32,000 nucleotides of DNA from positions 360,001-392,000 of the forward strand of contig NW_008806277.1 of assembly GCF_000400465.1 (NCBI RefSeq), written 5' to 3'. A program made the translations under genes and the position numbers. Below are positions 19,808 through 30,022 of the stretch, piece by piece (position 1 is the stretch's first letter; the number at the start of each line of letters is the position of its first letter). The stretch comes from Wallemia ichthyophaga EXF-994. Taxonomy: Eukaryota; Fungi; Basidiomycota. Under the pieces are notes generated by a model. It saw only the letters and a program-made list of their open reading frames with translations. It made no database searches and had not been told where the DNA came from.

Positions 19808-22446
19808 ATGTCAAGTGAAAATATCGCTGGTAATTCAATGCCGGTCGATAAGCCACCAACACAGCAAAGCAAGCAAGAAGACTCTCCGGGCCTAAACACA
19901 GGAACAAATGGAGCTGCCGGAACTCCCCAAGACAAACGGGTACAATGGTCTGAAGGTGACCCAATTCCCACGGACACAGAGGGCCCTGGCGACGACGACC
20001 CCAACGACGAGACCAAAAAGCAGCAGATTGAGGATTTGAAAATGTAAGTTGGTTGTTTCAATACAAGGACTGTCAGCATCCTGGGATTTCATTCATGCCT
20101 TTCACATTCCAGTGATCGGTGCTAGGCCAAAGCCACCGAAGGCAAGGACGGAAGAGTGAATGATGCGTTGAGGCAGTCCTTGCTGTTTCTTTTGAACTGT
20201 ACTGATGGACTATCCCGAAATTTTCAGGAAGCTCCAGGGAGGCAATAAGAATGCTCAGGTCCCCGCCGGTCGAGAGACGGATCTTCTTCCCCCAGGACAG
20301 CAGACGAACACTGCGCGTTTCGACCAGTATTTGAACTTTGAAGGCGCAGATGGCGAGTTTACCATCCCGGAAGGGGAGACGGAGGGACTGCCCTCGCTCG
20401 CAGCGAGAAAGAGGATCACTAAGGACAAGTCTAAGGTTGGCAACTGGCTGGGCAAGATCATGAAGCCCAACGAGGGCATTGATCAGAAGGACGTCGAAGC
20501 CAATATCGAAGAGAACAGATCGGAGATGTCATCAGACGAAGACGAAATGCCGCCTCCAGCGACAACTGGTCCTACTAGTGTACTGGGTGGTTTGATGGCT
20601 TTAAAGGAGGCTGATAAGTCTGGCAGCTCAACTCCTACGACTAGCGAAAAAAGCATGCCATTATCAGACAGTGATAAGGACCTCAACGAGAAAGACGACG
20701 AGAAGGACGACTTGAAGCCGCCTCAGGGACCAGCTATTGTAGTTGACGAGGAGAAGCAAGCGCCCCAGATCACGCCAACGCCAAGTCACGCCGATTCAAA
20801 TTCTGAGACTCCAACCCTCGTTCAAACTCCAGGTGGCTCTACTAAGCCATCGTCATCACTCAGTCATTCGTTCGCCAAGTACAACCCAGCAGCACTCGCC
20901 GCAAAGGGTATGCATAAAGGTGTACACAGTGCTATGTCAGTCGCTTCTACACCAGGTAAGATGGCTGAAAAGGTTTTCAATGAAGCCAGAAAGACACCTT
21001 CGCAGAAAGCAGAGCGCAGGAGAAGGCGCAAAGAGCAGAAGAAGAATGAGATTATGCTCAATCTGGCTGCTCTTATCGAACGTCAGGAGTTCCTCCTTAA
21101 GCTCACACGTGCATTGATGATGTTTGGTTCGCCATCACATCGTCTCGAATCGGTCATCCAAAACACAGGAAAGTTTTTAGAGGCGCCTGTTCAATGTATG
21201 TTTACTCCTGGTGTGATGACAATGTCATTTTCGGATCCAAGTACTCGCACTTCAGATACAAAGTTCATCAAACAGGCTTCTGGTCTTGATTTGGCTCGAT
21301 TGCCAGATACACACGCTCTTTATTCGGATGTTCTTCATGGTAAGATAAGCGTTACTGAGGCATCAGCTAAGCTTGATGAAATTATGCTCTCACCACCAAC
21401 ATACAACGCTTTCACTACTGTTTGTATTGGTATGTTGTGTTCAGCTTCTATCACGCCAATGGCTTTTGATGGATCATTCATCGATGCACTCATGGCGGCT
21501 GTACTCGGTGCTGTTCTTGTTATTACGCAAATGCTGGTAGCTAAGAAGGACACGTTTAGTAGCATTTTTGAAATCCTTATCGCATCATTCAACTCTTTCA
21601 TAGCTGCATGTTTGGCTTACAGTCGTTACTTCTGTTTCAAAGCTGTTGTTTCTGGTTCGATTGTGTTGATCTTGCCTGGATTCATTATTTTATGTGGATC
21701 TTTGGAGTTGACTTCACGTAACATTACATCGGGCTCAGTACGAATGTTTTACGCCATTATCTACGCTTTACTCCTTGGATTCGGACTCGGATTTGGTGCA
21801 CAATTGTGGTACTTGTTTACTGGTCAAGTTATTGACTCTACAGACGACTGCTCTGCAATTCAATCCGTACCTGGTCAAAACTGGTACATGAGACATGCAC
21901 CAGATGAGTACAATATTCTATTGGCTCCATTGTTCGTATTAGGATTGGCTTTGCGTAATCAGACTCGTATTATCAGCTGGGAATTAATACTCATGATATT
22001 GATCGGCTGTACAGGGTACACAGTCAACTACTTCTCTAGTGGGTTTACGTCAATTTAATGGTGTGACTCTAACAACATTTACAGCAAACAACAATCGTTT
22101 TGAAGGTAGGGCTGACATATCATCAGCTCTCGCTAGTTTCACTGTTGGTATAATTGGAAATGTTATTGGTAGGCTATCTCCACACTCTGCTTATGTGTTG
22201 ATGGTTCCTGGTATTCTTTTCGTCCTTCCATCTGGATTCGGACAATTTGGTTTGCTTAGTTTCGCCAACGTTGGAGGTAGTGAAAGCAGCAGTGCGGCAC
22301 AACAAACGAGCGCAACACAAGCAATTGCGCAGAACTTGATCAGTATCGCTAATGGATTGACTGTTGGACTTTTCCTTAGTTCGGCACTTATCAACCCAGC
22401 TAGTTCATCATCTAGACGTAATCAAGCAGCCAACTTTTCATTCTAG
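19808..22446 (+). CDS. PRM10: Prm10-like ThrE/DUF1212 family membrane protein (putative threonine/serine exporter), about 812 aa
   Basis: Proposed exons 19808-20043, 20126-20155, 20228-22038 and 22085-22446. Long hydrophilic N-terminus, LMMFGSPSHRLE, GSIVLILPGFIILCGSLEL and about 10 TM segments. The 5' exon structure is tentative. Confidence 0.85.
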
Positions 22447-22698
22447 ACGTGGTGAGGTGGTTGATGATAAAAATTTCACTATCAAGAATAAAGCAAATAA
22501 AAATAGAAAACTAAAAAAACAATCTTAGATGGAATACTATACGTTTTATAACTACTGATGACTTTCATTTCCCAAATAATTTGTTCTTTTGCTTATTATC
22601 CAAAGTAAATACACATGTTTTGTAAACTGTTTTTAATGTTTTTTGTCTAAAGAACAAGTATTCACTCGATGAAGATTCTCAGACCAACACCGCCAACA

Positions 22699-23472
22699 AT
22701 GTCTCTAGTAAATGTGTTCGTTACATCCCCAGATACCCACTCAGAGCGGCGATTTGTTCGAACGATAACGATAAATGAGCTAAAGGGACGTCTAGAGTCG
22801 ATAGTCGGGATACCTTCACAAAACCAGAAGATAGTGATGGATGGCGTATGGCTTACGAATCCAGCAGCGACATTAGTAGAGGCAGGAGTGAGGGAGTTAT
22901 CTGAAGTGATTGTGGGTTTGCTTATGGTTTAGTTTGTCATTTTCATTAGAATCCTAGGTCAGTGACTTGACAGATGTTAATAATGAGCGTGCAGGGGAAT
23001 TTACAGATGTTTCACGAGTAGAAAAGTATGATATGACAGATGAGGAGTATTTAAATCGTGGAGATACAGTTTTAGCGTACAAGAAGGCGAATGAGATTGG
23101 TAGATTTAGCAAGGCAGCCGCAGAAGCGGAGAAGGAGCAAGTACCGAGTGACATAAAAGTCGGAGATCGGTGTAGAATACTCCCAGCGACTTTAGATGAA
23201 ATTATTAAACTTGGTCACGTTAGGTTCATTGGTAAGGTGGGCTTCCAGTATGGGATTTGGATTGGAGTTGAGCTTGATGAGCCAGTGGGGAAGAATGATG
23301 GGAGGTAAGTCGATTGAGAGGTGTATTGGATATCTTCTGACATCCATTCAGCGTTCAATGCGTTCGATACTTTGAAACTAAACCGAAGCATGGCAGCTTT
23401 GTGAAGAGTGATAGAATAGAAATCGGGGAATTTGAAGAAGAAGAGTTGCTTAGTGACTTGGAAGAGATGTAG
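22699..23472 (+). CDS. ALF1: Tubulin folding cofactor B (Ubl + CAP-Gly), about 226 aa
   Basis: Exons 22699-22911, 22958-23304 and 23352-23472. SERRF Ubl domain, DTVLAYKK and CAP-Gly GIWIGVELDEPVGKNDGSV...RYF...KHGSFV. An alternative in-frame ATG lies at 22669. Confidence 0.92.
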
Positions 23473-23489
23473 AAAGTTTAAATGATGAA

Positions 23490-23769
23490 TCAATCCTGAT
23501 TATTCTGGAGTTTGTCGAGTTGTTCTCTCCTCGAAAGTTGTCTCTCGTAGTCTGCGACTCTATCTTTCTGTTCTTTCTTGAGCTGAACACGCTGATGATC
23601 TTTGATTACGCCTTGGAACATATTCTAAGCGTTGGTTAGAGTGTTTATTGGAATCGTACATAACACCACCTACATCCCTTTCAACTTCCTGTGAGTAATG
23701 TACAGCGAATACAGTGACTGCGCTGAAAACTACGCTTCCAATGAAAACGCCTTTAGCTCTCGTTGACAT
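23490..23769 (-). CDS. PET117: Cytochrome c oxidase assembly factor Pet117, about 76 aa
   Basis: Exons 23769-23674 and 23624-23490 give MSTRAKGVFIGSVVFSAVTVFAVHYSQEVERDNMFQGVIKD..., matching the Pet117 pattern (MS..SK..L...TV..VH..Q......M..GV..D). Confidence 0.85.
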
Positions 23770-23830
23770 AATTTCAAATTTGGGCTTCAATTGGACCAAC
23801 GAGGGCTATTACTCTTCAAGTTGAACTACG

Positions 23831-24648
23831 ATGTGAGTTTGGCGTGTTAAAAATGAAAATAAATAAAACTCACGCCAATCAAAGGGCATCACGTTTCATT
23901 GCTCAAAGATCTGGTGAATATCGTTGTAATTGAATTTGGACTGTGCTCACTCCACCAATCAGCCTCAATCGCTCGCTTGGGTCAGCAGCCAATCAGAGCG
24001 GCAGTTGGTGCACGCCAATACTCTCAAAAGCCATCAGCTCCTGCACCTGCTGAAAAGGCCTCTTCAATCATCGACAGCCTCCCAGGTAACTCACTCGTCT
24101 CAAAGACTGGCTCAGTTGTTCTCGGTTCAGGTCTTACAGCTGCAGCTATCTCATCGGAGTTATACGTCGTTAACGAGGAATCCTTGTTAGCCATTGGTTC
24201 CCTCATCTTGTTCGCGTACATTGCAAAGATTGCACGTGAACCTTACAACAGCTGGGCTAGCACTCAAATTGAAAAGATGAAATCAGTTCTCAACACTTCC
24301 CGTAAAGCTCACACTGACGCTGTTCAATCACGTATCGATAACGTTGGTGAATTGAAGGATGTCGTTAACCTTACAAAGTCTTTATTCGCTTTGTCAAAGG
24401 ATACGGCTAACACCGAGTCAAAGGTGTTTGAACTCACCCAACAGAACGCTGTAAACACGGAAGTCAAGTCAGTCCTTGACTCGTGGGTTCGCTTCGAATC
24501 TCAACAGAGAGAAAAGGAACAAGCTTTACTTAGCGAGACCGTTATCAACAACGTCAACAAGCAAATCTCTGACGAGAAGTTCCAAAAGGATACCGTCGCT
24601 CAGGCTGTTGCTGACATTGAGCAACTCGTTAAGGAGAAGAAAATTTAA
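23831..24648 (+). CDS. ATP4: Mitochondrial ATP synthase subunit 4 (b), about 238 aa
   Basis: Proposed exons 23831-23832, 23885-23913 and 23963-24648 give presequence MASRFIAQRSASIARLGQ, then KASSIIDSLPGNSLVSKTG, SSELYVVNEE and VLDSWVRFE. The start site is ambiguous (see findings). Confidence 0.93.
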
Positions 24649-24657
24649 TCTGGCTTT

Positions 24658-25445
24658 TTAGTTTCTAACAAATATATGAAAATGATCAACTTCTTTGACA
24701 GATTGCAAGTGTGGCGGGTTGAGGAAGTAAGCTGTTTCTCTGCAGTTGGGAAAGGTTGATTGGATCCATGAGTGTATCTCTTGAGCGCCGTCTTGAGCGG
24801 GGTATTGGTTGTTATTACCCCCCGTGAACCCATAAAAGCCATTGCATAAGGCTTGAGTGTGGTTTGATTCATCTTTGAAGAGATCCTTGTGGATCAAAGG
24901 CAATCTCGACCCTATTTGGAGTGTTAGCAAGGGTTGAAAGGGTGCAAATGATGCAATCCAACATACAACAAACCCAATGCTCAACATATTCAATATCATT
25001 GTGAGGAATTGCGTATCCCCAATCATTCCTGAGTAATTTGTGATTATGTGTTGTGTTTCTAGTAAAGTATGCTTCTTGTTGTGGTAGCTGTCCAACCCAA
25101 CCTAGACGTTGAGTGAGTATGAAGGATGCTGTTTTCAAAATTTAGAGTTGTCTCAGAGATAAAAAGCCGAGGAACCCACGTATTGATCCGTACAAAGTGA
25201 TTATCTTAGTCCTCCAATCATCATAGGCGTGTTGATGAAGGGGATGTCTACGCAAGAGTGATAAATTTCTATACAATTTAGCGTGCGTAAGTGTAAATGA
25301 GGCATACTCACCCAGTACCTGTAAGATGCTTATCAGTAAGAAGCTATCAAGAAGATCGCCACCAACTAATAATTCTCTTTATATCTTCCCAATTGAAAAG
25401 CTCGGGATAATTCTTGTAATCAGATTTTGACAAGTCTAGTTCCAT
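24658..25445 (-). CDS. DUF3605 family protein (Gig1/Ypl067c-like, HIT-related), about 196 aa
   Basis: Exons 25445-25367, 25318-25312, 25268-25180, 25128-24967 and 24911-24658 give WEDIKRIISTGNLSLLRRHP...YDDW...YGSI, LRNDWGYAIP, EHWVCWSRLP and YFLNPPHLQSVKEVDHFHIF. Upstream in-frame ATGs lie at 25514 and 25535. Confidence 0.85.
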
Positions 25446-25515
25446 TCTTAGTTTAGTTTGGAATGCTAACCTCTTGAGCGTGTCCCACCAACAATTATCT
25501 TGATATCCACACATA

Positions 25516-26791
25516 ATGCCTAAATCTGGTTTCATGGGTGAGTTAATCCTGTTTAGTGTACAGCTCTCTCACACATATGCTAGGCCTTGATGCTTTCGGC
25601 AAAACACTCGAAGAGGGTAGAATCAGACATAGCTTTGGTGGCTACTTGACTATAATCTGTGCCATTCTCATTTCTCTCCTCACTTTCCACGAGTTCCGCG
25701 ATTACACGTCGATCGACTTGAAACCGCGAATCCAAGTTGATCAATCGAGGTCTGAGCAGCTTCAAATTAACTTCAATATCACTTTCCCAAGAGTTCCCTG
25801 CTACCTCCTCTCTATGGACGTTATGGATGTTAGCGGTGAGCAAGTACGTGACCTCAGACATGCGATCGTGCGTACAAGACTTTCTCAATCTGGTGAGCCC
25901 TTGGATGGTATGAAGACGGCTGGGATGAGTGGTTACCTCAATGAGAAAGCAAAACCACGCGAGTGTGGTAGCTGTTATGGTGGTGTACCACCCAACGAGG
26001 AGGGCTGCTGTTATACTTGCGACCAAGTTCGCGACGCTTATGTTAACCAAGGGTGGTCTTTCGTGAATCCAGACGGTGTTAAACAGTGCGTAGATGAACA
26101 TTGGGCAGAGCGCGTTAAAGAGCAGAGCAATGAGGGTTGTAATGTTGCTGGTCTGGTTGATGTTAACAAGGTGGTCGGCAACTTCCACATCAGTCCAGGT
26201 CGTTCATTCCAATCAAACGCTCATCATATCCATGACCTTGTCCCATACCTCAAAAACACAAACACGCATCACGACTTTGGTCACCAACTTCACCATTTCA
26301 GCTTCAAGTCGACAAACGAGCCTGCGAACAGCGAGGAGCTCAAGTCGCTACTTAATATCAACGACCCTCTCAGCAATACCAAAGCACACACCGAAGTGTC
26401 CAACTATATGTTCCAGTATTTCGTCAAAGTAGTCTCAACTGACTTTGATTTCTTGAATGGGGATAAGTTCAATTCACATCAGTACTCTGCAACAGCACAT
26501 GAGCGCAATTTGGATGAGAAGGGGATCTACGCAAAGGATACCCATGGTCAGACTGTGATGCACGGTATCGAGGGATTCCCGGGTGTTTTCTTCAATTACG
26601 ATATCAGCCCGCTTCGGGTGATATACACGGAGACTCATCGCTCTTTGGCTAGCTTCCTCACGTCGACATGCGCCATTGTCGGTGGGGTGCTCACCGTTGC
26701 GTCACTCATTGACGCAGGCGTCTTTGGCGCTAAACAGAGAATGGGTGGAAAGGCGACAAGTCATAGCTCAGCCGATGGCAAATTGCTTTGA
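25516..26791 (+). CDS. ERV46: COPII vesicle protein Erv46 (ERGIC3), about 409 aa
   Basis: Exons 25516-25537 and 25584-26791 give MPKSGFMGLDAFGKT. Cys-rich CGSCYG...CCYTC..VR.AY...GW, EGCNVAG..VNKVVGNFHISPG, GFPGVFFNYDISP and C-terminal GKLL. An alternative start lies at ATG 25577. Confidence 0.95.
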
Positions 26792-27308
26792 TAAACATAC
26801 AAAAAGAGTTGCATTGAGTGATATCATTTGGGTTGTGACTGGTGTCACATATGTGATTTGTGTGATATGAGATGACAAGCGAATTGACAGAAAGAATGAC
26901 AGTGACAGTATAGCTGCGGAATAGCATAAAAATTCTATTCCACGCGCTCATGCTACCCTTAAATTACCACTTCTTACATATAATTAAGTATTCAAGTTGA
27001 GAAAAGGGCTGTGCGTCGTGTGCCCTGTGTTCCCAAAGTGCCCTGATGAGGCATATAGTAAATATTTTGCTGTGATTTACTTTAAGGCCATGCGATCTGG
27101 TTTAGTTTATTGCTTTATTTGATCAGCGGCCCCGAATCATGGCCATGGTTATCAGCCCAGTTTGGCTATAAATGGTCGGGCTGATGGATTTGGCAAGTGA
27201 TCCGCGCGTAAACAAGGCAAAACAGAATATATCTGCAGATGAAAAAGGAAGTCGGCAGGGGCTAAGCCCAATTCTACCCTCTCGCTGCAAGGAAAGGGGT
27301 GAAAATAT

Positions 27309-27390
27309 TCAGCCGATAGATTAATGTACCTAAGTAAGATGTCACTTGGATAAACCGATAAAATCAGATCTACGCCTATAACTATCATCA
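27309..27390 (-). ncRNA. Candidate box C/D snoRNA (unconfirmed)
   Basis: Minus strand shows TGATGA (27390-27385), CTGA (27367-27364), GTGACA (27345-27340) and CTGA (27312-27309) over 82 nt in an otherwise geneless gap. I could not identify an rRNA target, and the terminal stem is weak. Confidence 0.25.
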
Positions 27391-27523
27391 GTAAAAGTAT
27401 TTTTTAATTACTCTGCTCAAATAGGAAAGTAATTAATCGTGGTGATTCAAAAACGATTTCATTTTTCAACACGCGTTTGACTCAGTTTATAAAGTACAAG
27501 CAAAGTACACGTAATACCAGACA

Positions 27524-29848
27524 ATGACTATTGAATCGAATGCACAGAATACACGACCAGAGGATGCACCACCGCCTACCAACAACGGGGACACAGAGCA
27601 CCCAGAATACACTCAGCCATTAGAGCAAACAGATCGCTCCAGCAACTCACTCTCCCTCTCGAACTCGGACGAATTAGAAAATCTCGCTACACCTCCACCT
27701 AGGACTCGGAGAATCGCCTCTGCGAGTCAATCATACGGTCTGCGTAACGATGCACAAGAAACACCAACGCGCGCAACCAGCGATGAAGATGCTGAACAAG
27801 CGCTCAACAATAGCACTGTGGACGCTGATACTGTGGCAGTTGCGCGTGGGGAACTCGGCGGTAATCTCGGACCGTATGCGGTGCGTGCAGAATAACAAAA
27901 ACATCCGATCTCACACACAGCACAGCAAGCAGCAGAAATAGCACCGAGCAGGAGTAATCTCAGTTCTATATTCACTGCGCCCATTATGCAGAATGATGAT
28001 TCTCGCTATGGACGCTACAGCACCATCTCAACCGATACAGAGTACAAAGACAATCCATATCGCAACTCAATTCCCGTAGAGATACTCCAGCAGAAACAGG
28101 ATGTCAACCAGAAACAGGATATTAACACCAACGACAACATTACACCACTCAAGAGCAAAATCCCATTCAAGAATGTGCTTTTCTGGGATAATCTTAAAGA
28201 TGACACTGATATGGAAGACGATAATCTGCACACATTCGATCCGTCATACAACCAGAAAGACGGCAGCGGCTTCTACCCGTTCAGCGGGAGGGGGTGGCTC
28301 AACGCGGGTCTGATCACGATACTTATCGCGGCGTTGCTGATGCTTTTTGCCGGATGTGAGTGGGGTGCCGTGGAGCTATGATGTCTTTCTAATTCTTCCC
28401 ATGCAGACCCAATTCTATCGCGCTTCCGCGACACTGAGCCTGTCAACGACGGCGGGTACAATCTTGGCGGTATCAACGCGACGGGCCAGGTACCCGTCCT
28501 ACCAGGCGTGCGCGGGCTAGTTGACGAAGACACCCCCGACTCTGTCAAGCACCGCGTCGGAACAGTGAGTCCATGGCTTTTTCACCGCACAACCACTCAC
28601 CTACCCAACTAGGACGGAAAGGACTACAAGCTTGTTTTCTCCGATGAGTTCGAGCAGGAAGGCCGCTCGTTTTTCCCTGGCGAAGACCCTTATTTCGAAG
28701 CTGTCAATTTGTGGTACTGGCCCACGGGCGACATGGAATGGTACACGCCAGAGCAGGTGCGCACGCGCGACGGCAGTCTGCAGCTGACGATGGACGAGCA
28801 CACGGTCGGCAATCTGAGCTACATAAGCGGCATGGTGCAATCATGGAACAAGCTGTGTTTCACAGGCGGCTATATAGAATTCTCCATTCAGCTGCCTGGC
28901 CGTGGTGACGTGTCTGGTTTCTGGCCGGGAGCATGGACGATGGGAAATCTCGGGCGACCAGGCTACGGTGCGACGACGGAAGGCACGTGGCCTTACAGCT
29001 ACGATAGCTGCGATGTCGGCGTCATGCCGAACCAGACAAACGAGGCAGGCACCGCCCCCCAAGGTGCCCTCACTAGCAACGGCGGCGGCCAGCTCTCCGT
29101 GCTTCCAGGGCAGAAAATCAGTAAGTGCACCTGTCCTGGCGAGGACCATCCAGGACCGCGCCATGACGTGGGTCGCGGTTCACCCGAAATCGACGCTCTT
29201 GAGGCTCAGACTGATTTCGAGCGTGAGGGTGGTGCTGTGTCACAGTCGAGTCAATTCGCACCGTTCGATTTCGCCTACGACTGGCGCAATGGTTCGGGTT
29301 ACACGGATATCTACGATCGGTCTGTAACGGAAATGAATAGCTATAAAGGAGGTGTCTACCAAGAGGCTGTCTCAGGTGTCACCTTTCTCGGTAACGACGC
29401 ATACGAACTCACCGAGCAGGAATTTATGACTTTCGGCTTCGAGTACTCAGCTGATCCCAAAACACGCGATAGCAACTACGTGACGTGGTTCGTGGATGAT
29501 GAAAAATCATGGACTATGCATGCAGCGTCTGTCGGGCCAGATGAGCGTGTTGACATCGGTCAGCGTCTTGTCAGCGAGGAGCCCATGTCAATCATAATGA
29601 ACTTTGGTATGGCTGAAGGATTCGCAAACCCTGAAATTGATAAGCTGCAATTTCCAGCGACAATGTCAATTGATTATGTCAGGATATATCAACCTGAGGA
29701 CAATATTAACATTGGGTGCAATCCGCCGGATTACCCAACAACAGACTATATCAATGATCATTTAGAAGCCTACCAGAACAATAATATTACACAGTGGGAA
29801 GATCTTGGGTATAGCTGGCCCAAGTCATCACTGAATGGGGACTGCTAG
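27524..29848 (+). CDS. KRE6: Kre6/Skn1-like beta-1,6-glucan synthesis-associated GH16 protein, about 726 aa
   Basis: Exons 27524-27880, 27926-28355, 28407-28564 and 28613-29848. Cytosolic N-terminus, TM ...LLMLFAGYPI, LVFSDEF, SWNKLCFTGG, GFWPGAWTMGNLGRPGYGATTEGTWPYSYD, EIDALEAQ and MSIDYVRIYQ. Confidence 0.93.
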
Positions 29849-30022
29849 GATGTTAGAATTCAAAACGTCTGAGCACTACATCGGATCAGCCTTCTTTTCT
29901 TTTCTTGGTGGTTACAACATCCAATAATGAACAATAGCAACACCCTAAACAACAACTACACGCTCATTCTACACTACTGTATATTATATAATTCATGTAC
30001 TGAAATACATAGCTTGCAAAAC

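Noticed and set aside
25580-26188. 202-aa antisense ORF over ERV46
   Set aside because: It mirrors the ERV46 reading frame and has no motif.
27000-27300. RNase P/MRP RNA or U4 snRNA (GGGGCT, CCCAATTC, TGAGG...TTTTGCTG fragments)
   Set aside because: There is no matching CR-I partner for the P4 pseudoknot and no U4 kink-turn or Sm site; only isolated short similarities.
27152-27388. 78-aa minus-strand ORF and a 50-aa plus-strand ORF (from about 27172) in the large gap
   Set aside because: Neither has a recognisable motif or a consistent exon chain, and both are within chance length.
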